DNA of 32,000 nucleotides from Planctomycetales bacterium (GTDB taxonomy: Bacteria; 4484-113; JAFGCY01). The stretch covers positions 1,890,001 through 1,922,000 of the forward strand of contig CP060262.1 of NCBI GenBank assembly GCA_022646745.1, written 5' to 3'. Under the pieces are notes generated by a model, which searched no databases, was not told the origin of the DNA, and was given only the letters and a program-made list of their open reading frames with translations. Positions 8,101-15,757 of this stretch are shown here, in pieces; the first letter of the stretch is position 1, and the number at the start of each line of letters is the position of its first letter. The position numbers were made by a program, and so were the translations under genes.

Positions 8101-10014
8101 TGGAACAAGGTTGATGGTTCCGTGACGCAGGGTACCGCCGGTGTGGGTGGCCAGAACTACCCCGACCCGAACGGTTCCAACGTCTTCGGTCCGGATGTGA
8201 CCCCCGGCTTTGACTACGCTGTCGAGTACGACACCGGCGTCCGTACCCCGGGCGACGATGACGGCGGCCTTAATGCCAACGACATCGACTTCCAGTTCCC
8301 GTTCTACGGCTTCCTTGAGTGGGACGACACCCTCGGCGCCATCCCCGGCGACGTGGAGGCTGCTGAGATCATCGATGTCAACTACAGCGGTATCCCGCTG
8401 AGCGACATCTCCGCTGACTGGACCAAGTTCAACGCTCCCTACGGTGGTGTGTTTGATCCTTCCGCCCTTGGCCTGAACCCGGCTGCCGCCTGGTTCCTGA
8501 CCGAGACCGACACCTTCGGCAGCATCAACACCGCCGGCTACGGCGATGCCTTCGGTCCGAACCTGGTGTTCGACAGCGATAGTGAGTTCGTTGCCACCGA
8601 GGCGATCGCGCACTGGGCACAGGGCACGATGTACGGCGGCTCCCCGGCGTACCTCGCCTGGGCGATGTTCCCCGGCCACAAGAGCGTGAAGTACAACGCC
8701 GGCGGTACCGCCGTCGGTTACTACAGCGAGGGTGGCATCCTCTGGGAGGACTTCATCCGCGACCACGACATCCAGGTCGGACGTGACCTGTATGCCTACC
8801 TGCGCAGCGACTACTCCTTCACCACCCCCGGTGAGGGCCGTACCGTTGACTTTGACTACGACACCCTCGTCGGCTGGAACGGCGACATGAACCGCAACGG
8901 AACCACCGGCGAAGCCGGCGACAAGTTCCCGGTGCGTGTCCGCTTCTTCACCGATGTGGACGTCTACGACGATTACTTCGATGACCTGAACGGTTACCCG
9001 AACTTCTGGCCTGATGGCGACTCCTTCATCGAGGGTGGTTGCTACATGGTGGACATCGGTGACCCGAACTACCCGGTGCTGATCTTCGACGACGCCGATG
9101 AGGACGACCCGAAGGACACCGTCTCCGGTACCGGCCCGTCCTATGACGTGGACCTGTACTTCGAGCTGGCCTTCGGCGCCGGCCCGTACGACGTGGAGCT
9201 TGACTGGAACTATGACTTCATCGGTCATGGCAACAGTGGCTTCACCCAGGCCGTCGGCACCTTCGCCGCCAACGGCAAGAACAACGACAGCGTGAACGTC
9301 GACCCGACCCCGGCTGGTGGAGATGGCAACTACTTCTTCAGCCTCGAAGTGACCGACAGCACGCTGCCGACCCCGACCACCGACAGCTTCTTCTGGCCCG
9401 ATGCGGTGCCGCTGATGCCCGGTGCGCTGTTCTATGACGATATGTCCGCGTACAACACGTACAACGATGCCAACGCCGCCGGCTGGCTGCGTGGTACCGG
9501 CCCGGGCCATAGTGGCGCGGTGAACTGGCATATCGGCCCGCAGTGGGAGACGGCGTTCAACCTGTACAACGGCCAGGCCTGGCACTGCAACGACGGCGCT
9601 GACGGCACCAACGGCGGTACCTACAACGGCGTTCCGAAGTCCACCCTGCGTTCTCCGGCGGTCAACGCTCCTCCGGGATCCGACCCCTGGCTGCACTTCC
9701 GCGCCAACCTGGGCTTCCAGGAGAGCACCACATTCGACCAGTTCTGGCTCGGATGGGACAGCTCCGCAGCTGCCAACAACGAGGCTTCCGCCACATGGAC
9801 CCAGCGTTTCGGTCCGTTCGGCAACTTCGACGCGGCATGGGGCAACAGTGCCCAGACGCAGCTTCGTACCTACAACATCTCCGCCCCGGGCGGTTCCACC
9901 TTCTACCTGATGTTCTCGCTGGAGTCGCTTGACTCGATCGGCAACGCAGCGGATGGTGTGCACCTTGACCCGGTGACCTGCACGGACGGCAACTTCCCCG
10001 ATCCGACCTGGTAA
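5173..10014 (+). CDS. Giant secreted lipoprotein, paralog B (1613 aa). Unknown family, C-terminal cassette type 2 (jelly-roll/MAM-like pattern).
   Basis: ATG at 5173 is preceded by AGGAG (5164-5168). N-terminus MKTHVNWCKHLGLTLVALTVVFVAASCGGNGGG is a signal peptide plus lipobox Cys. The ORF-track start at 5077 adds a non-signal-like extension. Stop is TAA at 10012-10014, followed by a terminator. Confidence 0.85.
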   Translation: MKTHVNWCKHLGLTLVALTVVFVAASCGGNGGGISANVETQTGTSNTVIDGGRNGVVSAELTVSENEIGKLSAEQQALLSDAGWNQPYIVPKAGTPIQGPSHEMLMAQLREMAERGVEMLPRGVEGEGTKGASWLDQRGFNPGVDSGLVKGQYKPADTGANGVPDFGCNASGALMADNGQSDIEDVIFAYGGSMPAQAISWVAEGLSTINHFNSVGGGGDDAYTAVYQLFADSETANPSNQGNNDIGEIGYRADLGPYGIGYGQGSGPSGTLCDGTAYGVRNAFWMTFNEKFFALPSGQATALYNVLIAPSGDEGADQVSPMDTSANFQTFYFGNVSSCYGDAMIVGINAADSGCDMFDEASNAPWQDRTADGNSYPNILHNPIFGVILARWAGGNANSDSQFFGDGSFPSAASIVGWPVARPFAYNNGAALLNANGAYYAFGQFFEKGFMWWIDYDQNSNPTASDEAQMYVYDGNNTFCEGEYSKVEPDVFYGGAGDLGVGVTVDGVRYGAGDWSAPQLSDDGTYYQIGMLLDENTGISSVTIAASAHGFGGVTADGADVGHPEWGACLYKHSTWSWRDGTVTAAGTAFDPSQFARTHTYSSNAIKTNVEGVYTIRNQVVDADDNIAYGDSLPMHLGHGGAGGGGGDTEVWVIRNDGGDFQLNLDALTGDLDALGVGYSVVDYSATVADDFAANPNAKVAIWYRGGPGGAGESATYTTAWTSGEMDNYIQLMSDGFGVMLMSQNHGYDGDLFFTNGWSGIYGYATLPASVPDADRRMPWASSLCTDDGIGFGGTLGFIPTAPSNFIGNPSGANFGADGTNAAERYTGSGSSGELPISFGMATGRQYCGIGYYSSFFAGSCAGPAFRAGIGHQPNALGFDLGFLSWGNSQAPDANIGFFPSYSHSFGTGKVWNVGYSWAGTSVTASASGTMDRADLLNNILGWLDDSLTFGGGGGGGAGFEEYDGPPEIVCVTPISWNKVDGSVTQGTAGVGGQNYPDPNGSNVFGPDVTPGFDYAVEYDTGVRTPGDDDGGLNANDIDFQFPFYGFLEWDDTLGAIPGDVEAAEIIDVNYSGIPLSDISADWTKFNAPYGGVFDPSALGLNPAAAWFLTETDTFGSINTAGYGDAFGPNLVFDSDSEFVATEAIAHWAQGTMYGGSPAYLAWAMFPGHKSVKYNAGGTAVGYYSEGGILWEDFIRDHDIQVGRDLYAYLRSDYSFTTPGEGRTVDFDYDTLVGWNGDMNRNGTTGEAGDKFPVRVRFFTDVDVYDDYFDDLNGYPNFWPDGDSFIEGGCYMVDIGDPNYPVLIFDDADEDDPKDTVSGTGPSYDVDLYFELAFGAGPYDVELDWNYDFIGHGNSGFTQAVGTFAANGKNNDSVNVDPTPAGGDGNYFFSLEVTDSTLPTPTTDSFFWPDAVPLMPGALFYDDMSAYNTYNDANAAGWLRGTGPGHSGAVNWHIGPQWETAFNLYNGQAWHCNDGADGTNGGTYNGVPKSTLRSPAVNAPPGSDPWLHFRANLGFQESTTFDQFWLGWDSSAAANNEASATWTQRFGPFGNFDAAWGNSAQTQLRTYNISAPGGSTFYLMFSLESLDSIGNAADGVHLDPVTCTDGNFPDPTW
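5357..8093 (+). repeat. Copy 2 of the near-identical 2.7-kb intragenic repeat.
   Basis: Same as 1-2737 at offset +5356. See the evidence for that feature. Confidence 0.9.
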
Positions 10015-10043
10015 GGAACTGAGCCTGATCGACTGAATCGATT

Positions 10044-10073
10044 GCCCCCGGGGCATGTCCCCGGGGGCTTTTT
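10044..10073 (+). terminator. Rho-independent terminator of giant paralog B.
   Basis: Stem gcccccgggg (10044-10053), loop catgt, stem ccccgggggc (10059-10068), then ttttt (10069-10073). A second 8-bp hairpin follows at 10079-10100 (cagttgcc-ttttct-ggcaactg). Confidence 0.85.
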
Positions 10074-10110
10074 CATTCCAGTTGCCTTTTCTGGCAACTG
10101 CGACGCCGGA

Positions 10111-10121
10111 TGTGCTATGTT
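10111..10121 (+). promoter_or_regulatory. Possible extended -10 promoter element for the ankyrin gene.
   Basis: tgTGcTATGTT resembles the TGTGYTAGAAT motif upstream of FG-GAP genes 1 and 2. It lies between the upstream terminator and the RBS GGGAGA (10129-10134). No clear -35. Confidence 0.25.
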
Positions 10122-10140
10122 AGCCCCGAGGGAGAAAGCC

Positions 10141-11409
10141 ATGCCGCGATTCCAGCTGATCATCGCCCTGCTCGCAGCCCTGTGCTGCCTCTATGCATCC
10201 TGTGATAAACCTGCCCCGGGTCAGTCCGCAGACGGCCAGGCTACCGCAAAGGATGGGAATGATTCGCCAACCCCTGCCGCTGAAGCCGGGCCGGCGCCAC
10301 AGACGATCAACCCCTCTGAATTGCCGGACCCGGACCACAAGCCACCAAGGCAGTACAATGAGGAGGAACTCGCACGCTTCGAGGAAATGCTTGCGGTTGA
10401 CAGTGCGGAAACCCGCAACAAGCTGGTTGACGACGGGGCAATGCTGGATGCTGACCACCTGATTGACTACATCAGCATGGGCCGGATGAACATCGTGGTG
10501 CGCATGATCGCCTCCGGCATGGACCTGAACCGGCCGGCTGCGAACGGCAAGCTGCCACTGGCTGAAGCGATCCTGCAGAATGACCCGTGGCTGATCGAGC
10601 AGATGATCAAGCACGGCGCGGATCCGACGCTGACTGACGACCCGACTCAAGGCGTCGGTCGCAGCATGCTCCACTATGCCACGAAGATGAATGATGCCGG
10701 CCTGGTGGAGCGGCTGCTTGAGCTCGGTGTGCCGGTTGACATCAGGGACGTCAATGACCAGACACCGCTGGACGTGGCGGCGACCTATGGCGAGACTGAG
10801 GCGATGGCTGTGCTGCTTGACAACGGTGCGGATCCGGTGCGCATGGACAAGGGCGGGAGCATCCCGGTGCTGCTGGCCGCCGGCTATGGACACACGGACG
10901 CGGTGCGCCTGCTGCTGCAGCATGGGGCCGACATCAACTTCCAGCATGAACGGGGTTGGACACCGCTGCTGCTGTCGATCTACTACGATCAACTTGACAC
11001 GGCACAGTACGTACTTGACAACGGTGGCGACATCAAGGCGCAGCTGGAGACGGGCTACGGGGCTGCCGGGATCGCCGCCACACTTGGCGACCCGGAGATG
11101 CTGCGCCTCGTGATCGATGCCGGGGCACCGCTGGATGACATCACCGCCCAGGACGGCCGAAACCTGGTCCATATCTGTGCGATCAACAACCTCGGCAGTT
11201 TCATCCGTGAACTGGCGGAGGCCGGCGTGGACCCTGCAGCAGAGGACAGTGAAGGCCGTACTGCGCTGGAGCTGGCACGCGAAGCGAACGACACGGAGGC
11301 GGAGCAGGTGCTGATGGAACTGACAGGGGCACCTCCGGCACCGCCGGAAACGGACGACCCGGCTGCCGAGTCAGCGGATTCGGAACCACCAGCCGGCAGC
11401 GCAAGTTGA
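10141..11409 (+). CDS. Ankyrin-repeat lipoprotein (422 aa).
   Basis: ATG at 10141 follows a GGGAGA RBS. N-terminus MPRFQLIIALLAALCCLYASCDKP has a lipobox with Asp at +2. A P/A/E-rich linker is followed by about 8-9 ankyrin-like repeats (e.g. GRSMLHYATKMNDAGLVERLLELGVPVDIRD, QTPLDVAATYGETEAMAVLLDNGADP, GWTPLLLSIYYDQLDTAQYVLDNGGDI, GRTALELAREANDTEAEQVL), then an acidic P-rich tail. The ORF-track start at 10042 overlaps the upstream terminator and is rejected. Confidence 0.85.
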   Translation: MPRFQLIIALLAALCCLYASCDKPAPGQSADGQATAKDGNDSPTPAAEAGPAPQTINPSELPDPDHKPPRQYNEEELARFEEMLAVDSAETRNKLVDDGAMLDADHLIDYISMGRMNIVVRMIASGMDLNRPAANGKLPLAEAILQNDPWLIEQMIKHGADPTLTDDPTQGVGRSMLHYATKMNDAGLVERLLELGVPVDIRDVNDQTPLDVAATYGETEAMAVLLDNGADPVRMDKGGSIPVLLAAGYGHTDAVRLLLQHGADINFQHERGWTPLLLSIYYDQLDTAQYVLDNGGDIKAQLETGYGAAGIAATLGDPEMLRLVIDAGAPLDDITAQDGRNLVHICAINNLGSFIRELAEAGVDPAAEDSEGRTALELAREANDTEAEQVLMELTGAPPAPPETDDPAAESADSEPPAGSAS

Positions 11410-11550
11410 TTCGCAACTCTCAGCAACATTGTGACTGTCAGCCCATGGAACGACCGCAGCTGAGAAGGGATAATCAGTTGTCAATTCCAGCGGGAAACTG
11501 GCGCGGAATTGGCCGCAAAAAGCCTGTCCCAGACTGACATGCGCGCGTTG

Positions 11551-11573
11551 CAGGCTCCCTGCTGTGTTAGAAT
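11551..11573 (+). promoter_or_regulatory. Putative extended -10 promoter for FG-GAP/ASPIC gene 1.
   Basis: caggctccctgcTGtgtTAGAAT. A nearly identical 21-23 nt block, caggctctgcTGtgcTAGAAT, occurs at 21903-21923 upstream of FG-GAP gene 2. TAGAAT (11568-11573) is a 5/6 match to the -10 consensus. Confidence 0.4.
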
Positions 11574-11707
11574 CAGACTGGTTGAAATTGAGGAGATCCG
11601 CTCCGTCATCGAGTCTCTCTCAGAGACCGGGCCGCTATTGTTGGAAACGTCCTGCCGGCACCCCCACTGGATGTTCTGCGATGGACCGGATCAAGGCGGG
11701 TAATCAT

Positions 11708-14700
11708 ATGCACAGATACATCTTCGTCGCAGTCCTCGGGCTGCTGCTCTACTCCTGCGCTGACAACAAGGGCCAGCCTCCCGTGAGCGGTGGCATGACT
11801 GCCGGCGGCGGGCAGCAGGCGGGATCAGGCGGCGGGCTGTTCGCCGACATGCCTGAGTCCGATGCCCAGGTCAGCTCCGTCGAGTTCCAGGCGGGCAGCT
11901 CCGGTGGCGCCTTCGTGAAGCTTGAGCCGTCCGAGACCGGGATGGACTTCACCTCCGAGGTGCTGAGCAAGGAACTCAAGCTGGATGCCATTGCTGTGCA
12001 GGCCGGAATGGCAACGGGTGACTACGATGGCGATGGCGACATCGACATCTACCTGTGCGGCATCGAGAATGACAACGCCTTGTACCGCAACGAGGGTGGC
12101 TGGCAGTTCACGGACGTAACCGATGAGGCCGCCAGCGGCCTGCGCATGACCGGCGACATGGCCGAGACCGCGGTGATGGCCGACCTCAACGGCGACAATG
12201 TTCTGGACATCTACGTCGGGGTGCGCGGCGGCGTCAACCGCTACTTCGCCGGCAACGGCGACGGCACCTTCAGCGACCGCAGCGAGGAGTCCGGGCTGGA
12301 CAGCGCACGGTCCACCGTCGTCAGCGCGGTGTTCGACGTTGACAACGACGGCGACCTCGATGTCTACAACGCCAACAACCGCAAGGGCCGAAACGACGAC
12401 CGCAAGATCGAGGACATGCGCAGTGACGGACGCTACTTCAACATGATGAAGAACATGGAGACCGGGGAGGTCAAGCTCGACGAGACCATGCACCCCGAGC
12501 ATTACATGGACAAGGCCGGTAAGATCCGCCTGCGCCCTGACAATGACGACCTGCTGATCAACGATGGCAACGGGCACTTCACCAACGAGGCCCTGGAGCG
12601 CGGCATCCAGCCCGCCGGCTGGGCGCTGAACGCGCTGGCCTGCGACTTCAACAACGACGGCTGGACGGACCTGCAGGTCTCGGGCGACTTCGACACCCCA
12701 GACTGGTACTACATCAATGACGGCAAGGGCAACTTCACCGAGCGCGGTGAGGACATGCTGCGCGTCACCAGTTACTTCGGGATGGGCAGCGACGCCGGTG
12801 ACCTGAACCATGACGGCTGGATGGACTATATGGTGGGTGACATGTCGCCGACCGGCTACAAGGACGGCAAGAAGCAGAGTGGCGACATGAACCTCTCGCG
12901 CTACGAGCTGGTGCACTACGAGCCGCACCAGAACATGCGCAACACCGTGCTGCTGAACCGTGGCGACGGCTGGATGAGTGAGGCGGCCGCACTGCTCAAC
13001 GTGAAGAGCACCGACTGGACCTGGAGCATCCGGCTGGCTGACCTGAACAGCGACGGCATCCTCGAAATCCTGGCAACCAACGGCTACATCAGCACCTCCG
13101 TCGAGTACGACGTGCAGCGCAGGATCAAGGACATGTACGAGGCCGGCGCCAGCATCGAGGAGATCGATGCCTATGAGCTGTCGCTGCCCGCGCTGGAAAC
13201 CGACGACATCATCTTCACGGCCAGCGAGCCGCTGAACTACAAGAAGGCCCCGGACAACTGGGGGATCCACGATCAGGCGGTGTCCTGCGGATGCGTGCTG
13301 CAGGACATGGACGGAGACGGTGACCTCGACTTCGTCGTCAACAACACCGCCGCACAGGTCGGCGTGTACCGCAATGACCTTGACAATGGCAACATGGTGC
13401 TGCTGGACCTGCGCCAGGAGGGCCCAAACCGCGAGGCCGTCGGCGCGCGCGTGAAGGCCTACTGCGGTGACGACATGTTCATGCAGGACGTGATCCTCGC
13501 CCGCGGCTACGCCAGCGGTGAGAGCAGCCGGATCCACCTCGGGCTCGGTGAGCACCAGAAGATCGACGCACTGTGGATCCGCTGGCCTGACAACAAGGTC
13601 GAGGTGCTGCGAGACCTAGATGCCAACATGCTGTACAGCATCAGCCGCGGAAGCAAGCTCGTGGATTATGCAAAGGACCAGCACCAGCCCATGTTCAGCC
13701 AGCAGGCGCTGAACTGGCAGCAGCAGGAACTGGACACACTGGATGCCGAATTCGCGAAGGAGCCGCTGTTGCCGGTGCGCCGCAGCACGCTCGGCACCGG
13801 CCTCGGCGTGGCGGACATGAATGCCGATGGCAACCTGGACATCTACTTCGCCGGCCCGCAGGACCAGCAGGGCAAGCTGTTCACCGGCCGCGCAGACGGT
13901 GGCTTCGCCGGTTCGCCGATGCTGGACGACACGGTGGATGCCCGCCCGGAGAGCATGGGCGTGCTGCTATTCGAGGCCAATGGTGACGGCAGGCCCGACA
14001 TGCTGCTGACCAGCGGCAGCAACGAAAGCGAGGACCAGCCGCAGCGCTACCTGGACCGCATCTACCTCAGTGAGGGCGACGGCTGGAAGGCCGGTGCCCT
14101 GCCGGTTGAGCAGGTGCCCTCCGGCAGCGCCGCCGCCAGCGACATTGACAACGACGGCGACCTCGACCTGGTGATCGCCGGCCGGCTCAAGCCCTATACC
14201 TATGGCCAGGGTGTGCACAGCCACGTGCTGGAGAACGACGGCCAGGGCGGCTTCACGCTGGCAACCGGGCGCATCGCCCCCGGGCTGGCGGACAGCGGCC
14301 CGGTATCGGACATCTGCTTCGCCGACATCAACGGTGACGGCCGCGATGACCTGCTCGTCGCGCAGGAGTTCGGCAGCGTCGAATGGTGGGCCAACAATGA
14401 TGGCAACCTGCTGCGCCAGGGGCCGGTCGGCCCGACCGGGATGTGGCAGTCGGTGGTTGCGGCTGACTTTGACAACGATGGTGACAATGACCTGATCTGT
14501 GGCAACTGGGGCTTGAACACCAAGTACCACCCTTCCGCGGAGAAGCCCTATATGGTGATCGCGGATGACTTCGATGGCAACGGTACCCGTGACGTGGTCG
14601 AGGTCAAGTTCGGCAGCGACGGCACGCTGCTGCCGGGCCGCGGGCGTTCCTGCAGCGGCTATGCGATCTCCACCGTGCCGCAGAAATTCCCGACCTGGGA

Positions 14701-15430
14701 GATGTTCGCCAACGCTACACTGGAGGAGATCTACGGCCCGGTGGACGCGGTATCCGAGAAACTGACTGCCGACCACGTGGCCAGCGCATATTTCGAGAAT
14801 GACGGCAGCGGTAACTTCAGCATGACTGACCTGCCGACGATGGCCCAGGTCAGCTGTGTAATGGGTGTTGCCGTGGGCGATTTCAACAATGACGGCAAGC
14901 TCGATGCCTGGTTGAACAACAACTTCCGCAACACCCAACCCGAGGAAACCCGCTGGGTCTGTGGTTACGGCACGCTGATGCTGGGCAACGGTGACGGCAG
15001 CTTCAACTGCCTGGAGCCGCTGGATTCAGGGATCCGCGTCATTGCTGAAGGGCGCGGGGCCGTGGCTGCCGACTTCAATGGTGATGCCTGCCTGGATATC
15101 GTGATGAGCGTAAGCAATTCCAGCCCGCAGGTGGCCCTGATGGATCCCGCCCGTGCACAGGGCAAGGGCCTGCTGGTCACGCTGACCGGTCCGGCCGGCA
15201 ACCCGGCAGCTGTCGGGGCCAGGCTTGCACTGGAACTGTCCGATGGCCAGGTGCTGCATCGCGAGGTGCAGGCCGGCAGCGGATACCTTTCCAGCTACGT
15301 GGGTCCCGTGCACTTCGGAATTCCCACCGGCAGCACTGCCAGCAAGCTGACTGTCAGCTGGCCGGATGGCAGCACTAGTGAGGAAACGAGCTTCAGCGGA
15401 AACTCTGTAAGCCTCAGCCACGGAAGCTGA
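11708..15430 (+). CDS. FG-GAP/VCBS repeat + ASPIC/UnbV domain lipoprotein, CRTAC1-like (1240 aa), paralog 1.
   Basis: ATG at 11708 gives MHRYIFVAVLGLLLYSCADNKG, a signal peptide with lipobox. Many calcium-binding FG-GAP/VCBS motifs are present (GDYDGDGDIDIY, DVDNDGDLDVY, DFNNDGWTDL, DMDGDGDLDFVV, DIDNDGDLDLVI, DFDNDGDNDLI, DFNNDGKLDAW). Two ASPIC/UnbV-like modules are present (AVGARVKAYCGDDMFMQDVILARGYASGESSRIHLGLG...LWIRWPDN and AVGARLALELSDGQVLHREVQAGSGYLSSYVGPVHFGIP...LTVSWPDGS). Confidence 0.9.
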   Translation: MHRYIFVAVLGLLLYSCADNKGQPPVSGGMTAGGGQQAGSGGGLFADMPESDAQVSSVEFQAGSSGGAFVKLEPSETGMDFTSEVLSKELKLDAIAVQAGMATGDYDGDGDIDIYLCGIENDNALYRNEGGWQFTDVTDEAASGLRMTGDMAETAVMADLNGDNVLDIYVGVRGGVNRYFAGNGDGTFSDRSEESGLDSARSTVVSAVFDVDNDGDLDVYNANNRKGRNDDRKIEDMRSDGRYFNMMKNMETGEVKLDETMHPEHYMDKAGKIRLRPDNDDLLINDGNGHFTNEALERGIQPAGWALNALACDFNNDGWTDLQVSGDFDTPDWYYINDGKGNFTERGEDMLRVTSYFGMGSDAGDLNHDGWMDYMVGDMSPTGYKDGKKQSGDMNLSRYELVHYEPHQNMRNTVLLNRGDGWMSEAAALLNVKSTDWTWSIRLADLNSDGILEILATNGYISTSVEYDVQRRIKDMYEAGASIEEIDAYELSLPALETDDIIFTASEPLNYKKAPDNWGIHDQAVSCGCVLQDMDGDGDLDFVVNNTAAQVGVYRNDLDNGNMVLLDLRQEGPNREAVGARVKAYCGDDMFMQDVILARGYASGESSRIHLGLGEHQKIDALWIRWPDNKVEVLRDLDANMLYSISRGSKLVDYAKDQHQPMFSQQALNWQQQELDTLDAEFAKEPLLPVRRSTLGTGLGVADMNADGNLDIYFAGPQDQQGKLFTGRADGGFAGSPMLDDTVDARPESMGVLLFEANGDGRPDMLLTSGSNESEDQPQRYLDRIYLSEGDGWKAGALPVEQVPSGSAAASDIDNDGDLDLVIAGRLKPYTYGQGVHSHVLENDGQGGFTLATGRIAPGLADSGPVSDICFADINGDGRDDLLVAQEFGSVEWWANNDGNLLRQGPVGPTGMWQSVVAADFDNDGDNDLICGNWGLNTKYHPSAEKPYMVIADDFDGNGTRDVVEVKFGSDGTLLPGRGRSCSGYAISTVPQKFPTWEMFANATLEEIYGPVDAVSEKLTADHVASAYFENDGSGNFSMTDLPTMAQVSCVMGVAVGDFNNDGKLDAWLNNNFRNTQPEETRWVCGYGTLMLGNGDGSFNCLEPLDSGIRVIAEGRGAVAADFNGDACLDIVMSVSNSSPQVALMDPARAQGKGLLVTLTGPAGNPAAVGARLALELSDGQVLHREVQAGSGYLSSYVGPVHFGIPTGSTASKLTVSWPDGSTSEETSFSGNSVSLSHGS

Positions 15431-15458
15431 GGCGACCAATTTTGACCTATATAAGAAA

Positions 15459-15483
15459 GGGAGGGCTACGGCCCTCCCTTTTT
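15459..15483 (+). terminator. Rho-independent terminator of FG-GAP gene 1.
   Basis: Stem gggagggc (15459-15466), loop tacg, stem gccctccc (15471-15478), then ttttt (15479-15483). Confidence 0.85.
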
Positions 15484-15618
15484 CCGTTTCTGTGGGTTCA
15501 AGCGGTGGTTTAGGCGATAATTGAGGCAGTTTAACTAAAATTTTACCTGTTTCAGGGCGTTAAATGATTGTTGTTTCTCATTTTTATTGAGTGTGCTCTT
15601 TCTTTAACAGGCGTCGCT

Positions 15619-15648
15619 GTTATACTTTTTACGCACAGCTTATAGGTA
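15619..15648 (+). promoter_or_regulatory. Putative promoter and conserved transcript-start block for giant paralog C.
   Basis: GTTATACT-N6-GCACAGCTTATAGGTA, the same architecture as 5017-5046. It sits in a long AT-rich island (15484-15650). TATACT at 15621-15626 is -10-like. Confidence 0.35.
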
Positions 15649-15757
15649 CATGGTCAGGGATCGCAACCCTGCTGCGTGCGCTTCTTTTCCCGGGAGTGTA
15701 CGAAGCATAGCTTTTCCAAACCATGGAATACACACCATATCCACAATAGGAGAGTGT

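Noticed and set aside
11483-11490. Shared aattcca(g/c) string upstream of all three FG-GAP genes (near 11485, 21973 and 26069).
   Set aside because: Only 7-8 nt are shared, and the distances from the start codons are inconsistent (~220, ~45 and ~25 nt). This is compatible with chance.
11509-11703. 64-aa ORF in the ank1-FGGAP1 intergenic region.
   Set aside because: It has a non-ATG start, no RBS, no recognisable motif and no counterpart in the paralogous ank2-FGGAP2 spacer. It overlaps the putative promoter motif.
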